DNA from: Octopus sinensis
Taxonomy: Eukaryota
Length of the DNA stretch: 64,000 nt
Reading direction: 5' to 3'
Assembly (NCBI RefSeq): GCF_006345805.1
Contig: NC_043000.1
Location: 113,832,001 to 113,896,000 of the forward strand
Position 1 is the first letter of the stretch. Every line of letters begins with the position of its first letter. Under the pieces are notes generated by a model that did not search any database, was not told the origin of the DNA, and saw only the letters and a program-made list of their open reading frames with translations. This document shows positions 10,458-23,654 of the stretch, piece after piece. Made by a program: the position numbers and the translations under genes.

Positions 10458-11640
10458 GTTTATGCAGACGTTTATGCAGACGACGTGTTGGAAATATCGG
10501 AAATCGATGTGGTCTGTAGTGTTCTAGAGGAATATCAGGAGATATCGGGAGAGAGAATAACCACAACAAATCAGTGGTAATACAACCCGGCACCCGGGGA
10601 GACCAGCCCATGCGGGGTAGCGACTTCTCTCACCAGACCGAAGTTAAGGCATTTGGTGTCTGGTTCGAATTAGACTTTCTGGGGGATAAAACTGAGAAGT
10701 GACAACCAGGATGACCAATCTCATACATAATTGGGCTGAGGTGGGGATGTTCCTAAAGGAGAGGTGTTAGTGGTTAACATCTCCCTCGCTTCGGTAAGGG
10801 ATTACCGCCTGATTTTGCTTTGTCCAAGGAAATAACCCACCAGATTGGAGTAGGGGTTACACTCTTTCGTTTCTAGTAAAAGAGATAGGTTCCTTTAGGT
10901 TGGTGGTCCATCTGCTTCCAACGCCTAATCCAGAAGAATCTCGGGATACTATGGTTGATGATACACAAACATTCACTAAATCTTAAAACAGCAGGGATTC
11001 TTGGACGAAGGGGTGCAGTAAACATATGTAGCGTATCTGATATCCTCACTGTTTGAGAAACACAATAAGAATGATCTTGTTTGAGATTACAACCATCTTT
11101 GGCTAGTTTGACCCTGTTGCGGGTGTACATTAGCGTCGTCGTAGCTGAAGCAGGAACATGACTGGCAGGCTGGACGTCTGTCGCTGGAACTGGAACATGG
11201 CTGAGTAGCTCTGTGGTCAGTGACTATACCTTAGAAGGTCTAAAGCCGAAAGACGAAGAATAGTGAAAGCAAGCTTATTTAAGGAATTAAAAATGGCTCA
11301 AAGAAGGGCATCTGAAGCAGGCCCTATCCGAAGGCCGTGATTGGTTGGCTGATTGGTTGGCTTTACACACTGGCGTGAAATAAGTAGAGACAAACCGCGC
11401 TAGATGCCAACCAATCAGAGCAGTGGACACAACAAGGTCAAACTAGCCAAAGATGGTTGTAATTTCAAACGAGATCATTCTTATTGTGTCTCTCAAACAG
11501 TGAAGATATCAGATACGTTACACATATGTTCATACGATATGTCCTTCCGCCGCTCTTCTCTTTGACTGCGCTGTAATACTGGGTCAAGCGGAAACTAAAA
11601 TTGAACATCTGGTGTTTGAAATATGGCTAACAGGCTAAAC
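10458..11640 (+). pseudogene. Decayed L1/Tx1-type RT fragment interrupted by a MITE
   Basis: VYADDV (10470-10487, preceded by a 12-bp tandem duplication), VLEEYQEISGERI, VKAFGVWF, NWAE..FLKG, SICFQR..LGILWLM; resumes after 11530 as LPPLFSLTAL*YWVKRK. Confidence 0.7.
11021..11530. mobile_element. MITE with ~100-bp terminal inverted repeats
   Basis: 11021-11119 is the reverse complement of 11430-11530 at roughly 90% identity by eye; non-coding interior. Confidence 0.85.
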
Positions 11641-12459
11641 CCTGAATATATACTAGAAGCGTAACAAAGCGGTCAGTTGAAAGACCGCTCCTTATATACT
11701 TTCTTATTAGATTTCCTTGACCACAAGTTTTTATAGAGTTGCTATTGCCGTCCAGTCTTTTGTAGCCATACTTTTGGGTCCTTGTTTATCTTTATTCCGC
11801 TTGCTTACCTTGAAGCAAGAATGGAAAATAAGTTAAAGAAAAGTGTATCACTATGGACGAAGAGATATTCTAGTACATACAGAAAACCCCTCAAGCAATA
11901 TAAGTGTCGGTCATGTAACGGCCTTTTTCATCTAGTTTCCTTTAAGGCTTTGTGAAAAGAAGAGAATAACTCCATGATCTTCATAACTATCTTGTTGAGC
12001 TTTTGAACCGGGCAGAAAGGACGGAAGACACGACGACACAAGGATTACCGTGGTAAGGGCTAATTAATTAATTTACCTTCAGACTGCGTGCCTTTTATAA
12101 TACCCGGAACAATGTGGGCTCCACAAAAGCTAATCAAGAGCTTTTAGTGGAACAGAGTTGGATCTAAAGGCACGCAAGGGCCACTTGGTGGAACAATGGG
12201 ATCCATCGAAGACATATGAAGGCTACGTGATGTTAAACTGAGTAACAGACTAAGTCTACAACTTGGGAATAAGTACAGGGAATTTGATAGGCTTCTACAT
12301 AGTTTCCGTTTATTCAATTTCAATTACAACACGTGAAGATTTACCGAAATTCTGGTAGAAGACACCCAAGGAAATTGGAACTTCGAAGCTGCACGCCAGT
12401 TGTCACGCAAGATGTGGACAACACTGGGATATCCTCTCTCACATACATACACATATATA

Positions 12460-12689
12460 TTCTTTTACTTGTTTCAGTCATTTGACTGCGGCTATGCTGG
12501 AGCACCGCATTCTAGTCGAACAAATCGAACCCAGAAATTATTCTTTGTAAGCCCAGTACTTATATTATCGGCCAATTTTTGCCGAACTGCCAAGTTACGG
12601 GGATGTAAACACACCAAGATCGGTTGTCAAGTGATAGCGTGTGTGTGTGTTGGGGGGCAAATGCAAACACACAAACATATACATACATG

Positions 12690-12700
<11 letters not shown>
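12460..12700 (-). mobile_element. SINE family A, 3' half
   Basis: Matches the consensus of other copies. Confidence 0.85.
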
Positions 12701-13320
<620 letters not shown>

Positions 13321-13997
13321 AAAAACCTTAGGGAATAATAATTATTCCAGGTTATCAGGATATTTACCATTGCCAATCGACACGGCCAGAGTCTATGAGA
13401 GGTATCGCAAAAGTATATCGCGCCTGGTTCTGTAAGGACTTAACATTCCCATTTTGAAGGACGCCCGGTAGAAACCTAATACTCTCAGATAACATTTTTT
13501 TTTCCTTAAGGGCCCTGCTTCCGGCCATATATACCTGCACCCGTTTTTACTATTATTATGAGCATATATCGCGTCGCCGAAAACTGAGCTTTTAGTATTT
13601 GCTTGTTGCACAATACAGACACTAACAGACATTAATTAGATTCTGCAAAACCTCTTCGTTTAACTGCAGTTGGGTCCCGTAGGGGTAAATAAACCATTTA
13701 TTGTTCATGTAGCGCAATATAAAGAAAACACTGAGAGGCATGTCAACGTCTCAATTGACTTATTAGTATTGTCAATGCCGTGACGATAAACAGAACATCG
13801 ATGTGAAATGGTCTTATTAATAACAATTATTGTCGATGTTATCGGCTAAAAATAATTCTTCCACAACGATCGCTCTGTGCCACAAAATGTCTCGGCTGTC
13901 GCTTCCATTTCCAATATTCAATCCTTTGTCTCTTTATATTTCTCATATTTCATTCATCATTCGTCTTAATAATAATTGTATCACTTTCTCTCAATCT

Positions 13998-14048
<51 letters not shown>

Positions 14049-14345
14049 CTTTAATTTTGTCTCCCTCTGTCTCTTCTTGCCTCTCTCTCTCTTTATTTCC
14101 CTGTCGTCCGGCGCCCCTTCTTCTTCTTCTTCTTCTTCTTCTTGTCCTCCTCTTCTTCTTCTTCTTCTTTTTTTCGTCTTCTTCTTCTTCTTCTTCTTCT
14201 TCTTCTTCTTCTCTTCTTCTTCCACTTCTGCTTTTTCCTCCTCCTCCTCCTACTCCTCTTCTTCTTCTTGCTCTTCTTCTTCTTCTTCTTGCTCTTCTTC
14301 TTCTTCTTCTTCTTCTTCTTCTTCTCTTCTTCTTCTTCTTCTTCA
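13998..14345. repeat. (CT)n and (TTC)n polypyrimidine tract
   Basis: Direct reading. Confidence 0.95.
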
Positions 14346-14467
14346 TTTCTGCATTACTTCACACATTCACCGGCATGCACTGGCATTCATTTAACAGCAG
14401 CCTTTTTACACGAATCACTTGGGAGTCAATTTTGATTGACAGATTACGGAAGCTCAGTTACATACAC

Positions 14468-14500
<33 letters not shown>

Positions 14501-14589
14501 TACGGTAGGTCAAGCCACGCCCAAAATAGTTCGACATAGTTGTAACGTATGAAGTAGAGAGTTGCATTTACTCCTCAGGAACTAAAATG

Positions 14590-14735
14590 CAACCATGCTT
14601 TGTTCCAACGCAAGTTGGTACGTATCCTGTTCTTGCAATAATCGTGGGTATGAGACTGAAAGTGTATCCTGGGCACTGGATTTACAAATTCGTTTTCCTT
14701 CTCCTGTATTTTTCGGATCACATTGTATAGGTGTC
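14590..14735 (-). pseudogene. Highly decayed RLE-LINE C-terminal fragment
   Basis: KIQEKENE then, in a shifted frame, YTFSLIPTIIARTGYVP, similar to [12 protein letters not shown] at ~18240. Confidence 0.45.
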
Positions 14736-14737
14736 TT

Positions 14738-14970
14738 CTTATTTCTTTATTGCCCAAAAGGGACTAAACATAGAGGGGACAAACAAGGACAGACAAAGGA
14801 ATCAAGTCGATTACATCGACCCCAGTACGTAACTGGTACTTAATTTATCGACCCCAAATGGAGGAAAGGCAAAGTCGACCTCGGCGGAATTTGAACTCAG
14901 AACGTTGCGGCAGACGAAATACCGCTAAGCATTTCGCTCGGCATGCTAACGGTTCTGCCAGCTCGCCGCC
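14738..14970 (-). mobile_element. SINE family B monomer
   Basis: Reverse complement of head plus body. Confidence 0.9.
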
Positions 14971-15029
14971 TTGGCATAGGTGTCTTCTTGTCTGCCTGTC
15001 TACCAGTATGCAAGCATGTATGTATATGT

Positions 15030-15168
15030 GTGTGTATGTATGTATGTATGTATGTATGTATGTATGTATGTATGTATGTATGTATGTATGTATGTATGTA
15101 GGTTGGTAGGTAGGTAGGTAGGTAGGTAGGTATGTAGGTAGGTAGGTAGGTAGGTAGGTAGGTAGGTA
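15030..15168. repeat. (TATG)n followed by (TAGG)n
   Basis: Direct reading. Confidence 0.95.
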
Positions 15169-16034
15169 AGGATGTTCGTATGTGTGCATGTAGCTAGGTG
15201 CATGAGTTCACTAAAATTTACAATAAAGTAGAGCTATAGATTTCAGTCGTCACTAATTATCACTTAATTAAATTTAGTCATAAACAGCTGTCGTATTTAT
15301 TCAATCTTACTGTGGACAGAGAAAGATTCAAATGCTATTACATTTTCATAATTAATTGCGTTTCACTGACCACTGTGAAATTATATAAAACCATTGTTCT
15401 CAGAATATAATAAAATCAGATGGAGTGATCTTTGTATGTGACCCATTGTTTGTTGGTTGTTAATTTTGTTAAGTAAATTATTAACGTGTCAGCATTGCAT
15501 GTTTTTCAAACTAAACTTAATCCTGGGGGTAATTCTTTAATTTTTGGTCGTCACTGCTCTTATAAAAGAATTCAATTTATTAGACACATCAGAAAGTCGT
15601 AAATGTCTGTCCTGTTTATACAATCCCAATAATTTATTCAATATACATACATACATACATACATACACAGATATATATGTGTGTGTATGTTTATGTATTT
15701 ATAACAGATTCTGTCTTTATTCTTAAATCTCTCCGATAAAATTAAACAATTGGTCTCCCACGAAGGAGCGAAGTTTCAACTAGAGGAATTTAATCCGGCA
15801 ATACGACCATCAAGGAATATCACCATCCAGCCCTGGGTGGTCGCCTGCAACGTCTAAGAAATAATAGACAACTCACCCTCATATTGTTTTGTTTTTTTAC
15901 TGTTTAAAGAAGATGCATTGAATAATGTAGTCCTAGATACAAATATGTCTGAATTATCGAAGGGGTGTGTATGCCCAAAAACATTTGAATTATGAATCTG
16001 GTGAATCAATATTCACCTAAGGTTAAAAACAATA

Positions 16035-16230
16035 TCATTTTCTACTCTAGGCACAAGGCCCGAAATTTTGGGGGAGGGGGCAGTCGATTAGATCGACCCC
16101 AGTCCGCAACTGGTACTTGATTAATCGGCCCCGAAAGGATGAAAGGAAAAACTCGACCTCGGCGGAATTTGAACTCAGAACATAAAGACAGATGAAATAC
16201 CTATTTCTTTACTACCCACAGGGGACTTTA
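16035..16230 (-). mobile_element. SINE family B body with short-type 3' end and a remnant of the multimer junction
   Basis: gaaatacctatttc junction at ~16195. Confidence 0.85.
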
Positions 16231-16995
16231 AATTTACTTTACTGCCTTGCCTGGGATAGAACTCAGAACCGCTTAGTAACTGCACGTCATTAACGTCTTT
16301 GATCCACTACGCTACGCCCGTTGGCAATGTCAATGGGAATTTGTAACGCTTTTAAACCTCCATTGACGTCTTACGTCGGCACCTATGCCTCCTGAGAAAA
16401 CGCTTCGATAATTATTCTAAGTATTTCACAGATTAATTTTAACATTCCATATGAATGTTCGATTGAAAAGCAAAACATTTCAGACGCCAGTTCTATGAGA
16501 TGTTTGAGATTATTTTCAGTGCTCACATAATGGATCTCTCTGGGAACTTGCCATTCTTAAGAGCATCGTTATAGTAGGGAGAGCGCGTATTAAAGGACGC
16601 CTCATTGACCGATAATGAAAAGATACGCTTTCTATAGTGTGTATTCTTAAAGATCTAGGAGGCATTTCGAATCTTTATCAATATAGAACAGTTTTTCATT
16701 AGGTTTATGGCAAGGCTTAATACTACCAGTTTCCAGCAAGCTAATAATAGGTCGGCTGTTATTCCCCAGAGTTTTTATTCTAAGTAGAATAATATCTTGA
16801 ATATAAATATTTGAAACCGTTTCAGATTTCCAAATGTTCACTTCCGTTTGATGATCGGACAACGTGAAATTCGGAGAAACAGTTTCTGAAATTTTTCAGC
16901 TTCACTAAAACGTTACATACATACATACATACATATATACATACATACATACATACATACATACATACATACATACATACATACATACATAAATA

Positions 16996-17203
16996 ATGTG
17001 ACTGCGTGTGTACCGTTGGCGGTTTTTTTCCTCCGTCTTCCCTTCTTTGGATCTTTCCTTTTCCTATGTTTCTGACGAAGAGCTCCGCTCGAAACGTTAA
17101 ACCCTCCTTCATTCCTTCTTTCCTGAGCGTCCAATAAAACTATTCTTGTTCCACATCCTCGCGTTGTTGTGTTTTCTCTTTGTGTTTTCATGTTTGGATT
17201 AAC

Positions 17204-17205
<2 letters not shown>
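16996..17205 (+). mobile_element. Short Penelope-type (pLTR-like) element, family Y, between (CATA)n tracts
   Basis: Homologous minus-strand copies at ~21915-22090 and ~22430-22625. Confidence 0.7.
17068..17102 (+). ncRNA. Minimal type-I hammerhead ribozyme motif
   Basis: P1 gttt/aaac, CUGACGA plus an extra A, stem II GAGC-tcc-GCTC, GAAA, palindromic ACGT, GUU triplet. Confidence 0.75.
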
Positions 17206-17235
<30 letters not shown>

Positions 17236-17635
17236 CATACATACATACATACATACATACATACATACATACATACATACTGACGAAGTCAAAGAGAGAG
17301 AGAGAGAGAGAGAGAGAAAGAACATACATATATGCATACATATACATACTTTCATACGTACGTACATAGATACACACATACATACTGTTGCAGAAGAATT
17401 CCGACCATTCCCGAGTGACCAAAGTGGACTGACACATTTCTATAAAGTATAGAACTGTCAGCAGTTCACTGTGAGCCGTTGCCAGAGAGTGTTTAACCTC
17501 AAGTAACGGTAATCGTAATGCGCCGTGTGAACACTTTCGTTACCCTTGCTTCGTAAATTATTTATTCAACACTAGAATATAAAACAAACTTACATACATG
17601 CATTCATACATACATACATACATACATACATACAT

Positions 17636-17711
<76 letters not shown>

Positions 17712-18036
17712 GCACATATATATGCTCATGCATACATGTATTTTTATATGTATGTATATATATGTGTCGTTTCAATCAGTTGACTGTGGCATTCCACACT
17801 TAATGAAGAATCTTTCTTAACAAAAGAACAGACATACGTAAGTAACCACTTCCTTAGAACATGGCCAGGATGCTTCAAATTTCGTTTCCTCTCATTGGTT
17901 TAGTAAGGAGGGAACTACTTGTGCGTATGTATATAGTTACGTATATAGATACGTATGTATGTATGTATGTATGTATGTATGTATGTATGTATGTATGTAT
18001 GTATGTATGTATGTATGTATGTATGTATGTATGTAT

Positions 18037-18568
18037 GTCTTCTCATGCGTATATTTGCTTATCTAGACATGCTCATATATATTTAAATGATAAACTTCAG
18101 GAAAGTTTTACAGATTTTTACAGTTCCAGTGATGGATTGGATCTGTAGTCGTCGAATTAGTTTTCTCCTTTCTGATTTTCAGAAGCCCTAATTTCTCAAG
18201 ATTGGTCTTTAGGTAGCGTGCTACATACACCAGGGCCCCAATAATTACAGGTATAAACCTGAACTTGTATGTATGTATGTATGTATGTATGTATGTATGT
18301 ATGTATGTATGTATGTATGTATGTATGTATGTATGTATGTCTTCTCATGCGTATATTTGCTTATCTAGACATGCTCATATATATTTAAATGATAAACTTC
18401 AGGAAAGTTTTACAGATTTTTACAGTTCCAGTGATGGATTGGATCTGTAGTCGTCGAATTAGTTTTCTCCTTTCTGATTTTCAGAAGCCCTAATTTCTCA
18501 AGATTGGTCTTTAGGTAGCGTGCTACATACACCAGGGCCCCAATAATTACAGGTATAAACCTGAACTT
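18037..18568 (-). mobile_element. Two identical 230-bp 3' ends of an RLE-type LINE embedded in (TACA)n
   Basis: 18037-18266 and 18339-18568; [12 protein letters not shown]...[10 protein letters not shown] then KLIRRLQIQSITGTVKICKTFLKFII*, 46-nt 3' UTR, (ATAC)n on both sides. Confidence 0.75.
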
Positions 18569-18716
18569 GTATGTATGTATGTATGTATGTATGTATGTAT
18601 GTATGTATGGATGGATGGATGGATGGATGGATGGGTAGATGTTCTCATTTGAATTCTTCCTCTGAAGAAGGATCTGGTTTCTAACAAGCATACAAAGCTC
18701 CATCGCCGGAATGTAG

Positions 18717-19035
18717 ATGCGTGGCTTAGTGGGTAAGGTATACGGATCACAACTGTGCGGTCGTGAGATCGATTCTCGGCAGCGTGTTGTGTCCTTGAGC
18801 AAGACACTTTATTTCACGTTGCTCCAGTCCACTCATCTGACAAAAATGAGTTGTACCAGTAATTACAAAGGGGCCAGTCTTGTCACATTCTGTGTCACAC
18901 TGGATCTCCCTGAGAACTATGTTAAGAGGACGCGCGTTAGTGGAGTACTCTGCTCCTTGCACGTTAATTTCACTAGCAGGCTGTTCTATTAATAGGATCT
19001 ACTAGAACGCTCCTCGTCGTAACCGACGGAGTGCA
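18717..19035 (+). mobile_element. SINE family C
   Basis: Homologous to 6564-6885. Confidence 0.88.
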
Positions 19036-19266
19036 AAATATTGATTATTTAATAACACCTGTGTTGCTGTAGGAACATTTTTAAGCAAAGCAAAGAAAAT
19101 TCTAGCCATGGGTGTGGCTACTTCAAGTTTATGAGGTGTATTACACCAGCTTATCTTCCTTCTCTGTTTCTGTGATAAGATATTCTCTGAGAAAATTCTT
19201 GTCTTTGAATTTGCTGTTTTGAAACTGTATCGTAATAAACGCAATAGTAATGGTTTAAGAATAATT

Positions 19267-19850
19267 CTTTTCTACTCTAAGCACAAGGCCCAAAATTTTG
19301 GGGAAGGGGCCAGTCGATTAGATCGAACCTAGTACGCAACTGTACTTAATTTATCGACCCCGAAAGGATAAAAGGCAAAGTCGACCTCGGCGGAATTTGA
19401 ACTCAGAACGTAAAGACAGATGAAATACCTATTTCCTTACTACCCACAAGGGGCTTAACACAGAGAGGACAAACAAGGACAGACAAACAGATTAAGTCGA
19501 TTACATCAACCCCAGTACGTAACTGGTACTTAATTTATCGACCCCGAAAGGATGAAAGGCAAAGTCGACCTCGGCGGAATTTGAACTCAGAACGTTACGA
19601 CAGACGAAATACCTATTTCTATTTCTTTACTACCCAAAAGGGGCTAAACACAGAGGGGACAAATAAGGACAAACACACGGATTAAGTCGATTATATCGAC
19701 CACAGTTCGTAACTGGTACTTAAGTTATCGACCCCGAAAGGATGAAAGGCAAAGTCGACCTCGGCGGAATTTGAACTCAGAACATAACGGCAGACGAAAT
19801 ACGGCTACGCATTTCGTCCGGCGTGCTAATGATTCTGCCAGCTCGCCGCC
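19267..19850 (-). mobile_element. SINE family B trimer
   Basis: Head at 19850; junctions gaaatacctatttc at ~19423 and ~19606. Confidence 0.92.
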
Positions 19851-20099
19851 TACGCTTTAAGAATAATTGCTTGTTAACTGATAGGCCAGACAATCAAATC
19901 AGTTTTTTTAATGATACAAATTGTATTAGACTGCTTTGAATCTCTGTACATAATTATCTGTCTCATTTGGCTTGCGGGGAGGATCGTCTAAACATGATCA
20001 AAACCGAATGTAACGTCAAGAAAGAGTACAACTACTTACCAACACAATAAAATGTGATAAACACCTAGCATTCTTTCAACAGGAACTTATTTAATTGTG

Positions 20100-20272
20100 T
20101 GGAGGTGCAAGGGCAGCTGACTCGCGGTCGTGGGATCATGGTTTCGATTCCCAGATCGGGCATTGTGAGTGTTTATTGAGCAAAAACACCTAAAGCTCCA
20201 CGAGGCTCCGGCATGGGGTGGTGGAGAACCCTGCTGTACTCTTTCACCACAACTTTCTCTCATTCTTTCTTC
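20100..20272 (+). mobile_element. tRNA-headed SINE family D (truncated)
   Basis: ggtttcgattcccagatcgggcattgtg; homologous to 59882-60185. Confidence 0.85.
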
Positions 20273-20275
20273 TTG

Positions 20276-20775
20276 TTGAAGAAGGCTGTACAGCAGCCGA
20301 AACGCAGTGAATGCAACAATCAAAATGAGGGCACCGGTCCAAATAATGTAAACAATATATTCAATAGAAACACCCCGAAAGGTAACTTTTCTTGTTACAA
20401 GAACTTCACTTTGTTGCTGAAACAACATAATATGAAAATACCCTCCGAAACCAAAATGAACAAAATTCTTTATGTAATTGTAGGAAATCCAGCAATTTCC
20501 CACTTAATGGCAATTTCTTGATCAAAGAAGTAGAGTATAGAGCCAATCCTGTAATAGCCCTACGTTCAAACTTATATCGGAGCAACTGAAATTAGCTTCA
20601 ATACATGGTTTTACATGCAAAAGAATCCCTTTAGAATCCCTTCTAAACGAGTCGGTCCAAGTATGAGCGACTATTGAAAGAATCTGGATTCCTTTAAAAA
20701 TCCAATGGCCTGTTTTAGAAAGAGCACATCCATACGGACATGTCACATGCCCTTCTACATTACATTTAGATTTCC
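20276..20775 (+). pseudogene. Penelope-like element: decayed hammerhead/pLTR end followed by linker and GIY-YIG endonuclease
   Basis: IFNRNTPKGNFSC, CNCRKSSNFPLNGNFL..VEYRA, QTYIGATE.SF, IQWPVLERAHPY, with frameshifts and stops. Confidence 0.78.
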
Positions 20776-21669
20776 GTTATGTGTATGCTCCTATTGCATA
20801 ATTTAAATTTATTCTACTTACGCGACGTCATTATAAGCTAGCAAGAAGTTTATACAGTACCTGTATGGACTTCAGACTAATTTCGTCTCATAAGAGACAC
20901 GTGTGCGGCATTGATAAGCCGCAAACACAGCGAAATACGATATCTGCAACTCACGTGATCACTTCTGGGTCGATTTCGTTTCGCCTAGAAATATATTGGG
21001 ATCTTTTCTAACACTATGCGTCTTTAAAGGGAACTAGGAATGTTTACATTATAGATCTGCTTGTAATGCATAATTTGAACACACACACACACACACACAT
21101 ATCGTATTTATGGATACGTTTTAAAATATTTGTTTAGAGGTACGCTTAATGAACATACTGATGAGCTAGTAATGACCCAGAAACTCTAAGTTTCTAGATT
21201 AAATCTGAACGGGACCAACTACGACCAGCTACGAAGTTACTAACTACGACATCAAATGGAAAATATTTTCCAAAACCAGATAATATGTCAAAAATATGTT
21301 TAGTATGTTCTCTTGAAAAATTATATCTCTTAAAGAACTTGAGAGTCTCTAATGACTACATGAATTCCAGGAATGAGAATTTTTTCTATATGTTCATATT
21401 TTGATAAATACATCTTGGCGGAATTTTAAAATAGGCCACCAGACACATCGTAAACAATTAATACCTTGTTTATATCTATTTCACGTTAATTTATATTTTT
21501 TATTCAAATTTAGATACTAAGAAACGGGGGAAAAGTGAGATAAGGAAAAGAAAGAAAGAAAAATGCAGGTAAAACAGCAGAAGATGGAAAGGGCGTTGGG
21601 TCACATACCCAAGATCAGATGGTGTATGCAGTCGCACCCCGCGGTAATGCCCACGATGATGTTGCCGCA

Positions 21670-21895
21670 AAGAAAAACACAGATTTCGACTGATGTACTT
21701 GCGCGTACAAATGCACGTTCCCACTGCTTTATCGATCGCATTCTCACATGGAATCAATTTTTGTAATTCTTTTAAGACTTATACACACCCTGATACCGTC
21801 GGTATCTACATATCAAATTTGAGCGCAATCGGATGGAAGATGCCCGAGATCTTAGAAGACACACACACAGACAGACAGAACGGATATTATATTAC
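21670..21895 (+). mobile_element. Non-autonomous Helitron-like element, 3' part
   Basis: Similar to the inverted copy at 49930-50100; ends in (CA)/(CAGA) repeats then cggatattatat. Confidence 0.5.
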
Positions 21896-21914
21896 ATATA
21901 TAAATTCACAAAAA

Positions 21915-22090
21915 CGAAGAACGAACACAAAAAAAGCAACAACGCGAGGTCGTGGTACATGCAAAGTATTAGCAGACTCTCAAGGAAGGAAAGAAAGGTG
22001 GTTTTACGTTTCGAGCAAAGCTCTTCTTCAGGAACAGGAGAATCCAATAGAAAAGGAAGACGGAAGAGAAAACATCGCCAAAGATTCACA
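21915..22090 (-). mobile_element. Family Y-related pLTR-like element with a hammerhead at 22001-22035
   Basis: Minus: CTGAAGA A GAGC ttt GCTC GAAA CGTA aaac; one P1 mismatch. Confidence 0.65.
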
Positions 22091-22132
22091 TGTGATTACA
22101 TTTTAAAATGACTGGAAGGGAACGTGTATATC

Positions 22133-22258
22133 ATCATCATATCATCATCATCATCATCAACATCATCATCATCATAGATTAACGTCCGTTTTCCTTGCTG
22201 GCATGGGTTGAACGGTTTGTCTGAGGTCTGGAGAACCAGCGGCTGCACGAGGCAACAT
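22133..22258 (-). mobile_element. RTE LINE 3' end with (GAT)n tail
   Basis: Matches the terminus of 61553-62195. Confidence 0.8.
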
Positions 22259-22266
22259 ATCTTATC

Positions 22267-22328
<62 letters not shown>

Positions 22329-22337
22329 GTCTATCTA

Positions 22338-22399
<62 letters not shown>

Positions 22400-22429
22400 A
22401 ATATATAGATATATATGGTTAATCCAAAC

Positions 22430-22625
22430 ATGAAAACACAAAGAGAGTACACAACTACGAGAGGACGTGGAACAAGTATAGTGTTCTTGGACGCTCAGGA
22501 CAGGAAAGAAAGAAGGAGGATTTAACTTTTCGAGCGGAGCCCTTCATTAGAAACATAAGAAAAGGAAAGATCCAAGGAAGGGAAGGCGGAGGAAAAAATC
22601 GTCAACGATACACACGCAGTCACAT
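22430..22625 (-). mobile_element. Family Y element with a decayed hammerhead (22520-22554)
   Basis: Colinear with 16996-17205; core CTAATGA and GAAAAGTT are mutated. Confidence 0.7.
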
Positions 22626-22677
<52 letters not shown>

Positions 22678-23032
22678 GACAATTATTCTGTAGCAATTAT
22701 CACATATATGTACAGATAAATTCGTCTATTTACATAATATCGAGGTCTCTTTCATCCTTTTGTTGTCTTGCCATTTCTATCAATATATATATATTTATAT
22801 ACGAGGTCACGGAGTGTGTGACGAAATAGCTTTAGGAAACTACTGTAATGATTATAAAACCGAAGTGAATACCAAATATATAGTGCGTGTGTTTATTTCG
22901 CAAAATACGACCATCCCTCAGTATAACAATATCTGTTTCAACACACCGATCACACATCAGGAATGCTGTAAGCAAATACAGACATGTGTGTGTGTGCGCG
23001 TGCACACATATATATATTATATATATTATATA

Positions 23033-23116
<84 letters not shown>

Positions 23117-23167
23117 ATTATATATTTGTATAATTCATATATATATATATATAATATTATATATATA

Positions 23168-23522
23168 GGCGTAGGAGTGGCTGTGTGGTAAGTAGCTTGC
23201 TTACGAAGCACATGGTTCCAGGTTCAGTCCCACTGCGTGACACATTGGGCAAGTGTCTTCTGCTATAGCCTCGGGCTACCAACGGAAACTGAAAGAAGCC
23301 CGTCGTATATATTGTTTGTGTATGTTTGTGTGTCTGTGTTTGTCCCCCACCCCACCCCCGCCCAACATCGCTTGAAAACCGATGCTGTCAAAAGAGACCG
23401 ATGAAATAAGTACTAGGCTTTCAAAGAATAATTCTTGAGGTCGATTTCTTCGACTAAAACCTTTTAAGGTGGTGCTCCAGCTTGGCCGCATTTAAATGAC
23501 TGAAACAAGTAAAAGAATAAAA
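23168..23522 (+). mobile_element. SINE family A, near full length
   Basis: tRNA head ggcgtaggagtggctgtgtggtaag...ggttcagtccc; CORE-like segment attgggcaagtgtc. Confidence 0.92.
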
Positions 23523-23602
23523 AATATATATGTATATACATAGATATGTATACATAGAAATCTTGCGTGTATGTGTGTGTGTGCGTGTGAGTGTGTGTGT
23601 GT

Positions 23603-23654
<52 letters not shown>

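Noticed and set aside
12077-12129. Minus-strand 53-nt exon candidate FCGAHIVPGIIKGTQSE
   Set aside because: It has AG/GT ends and one open frame, but a weak acceptor, no recognisable homology and no partner exons
16647-16862. LINE RT remnant (NNSRPIISLL)
   Set aside because: Only one short motif resembles NYRPISLL; too weak to call
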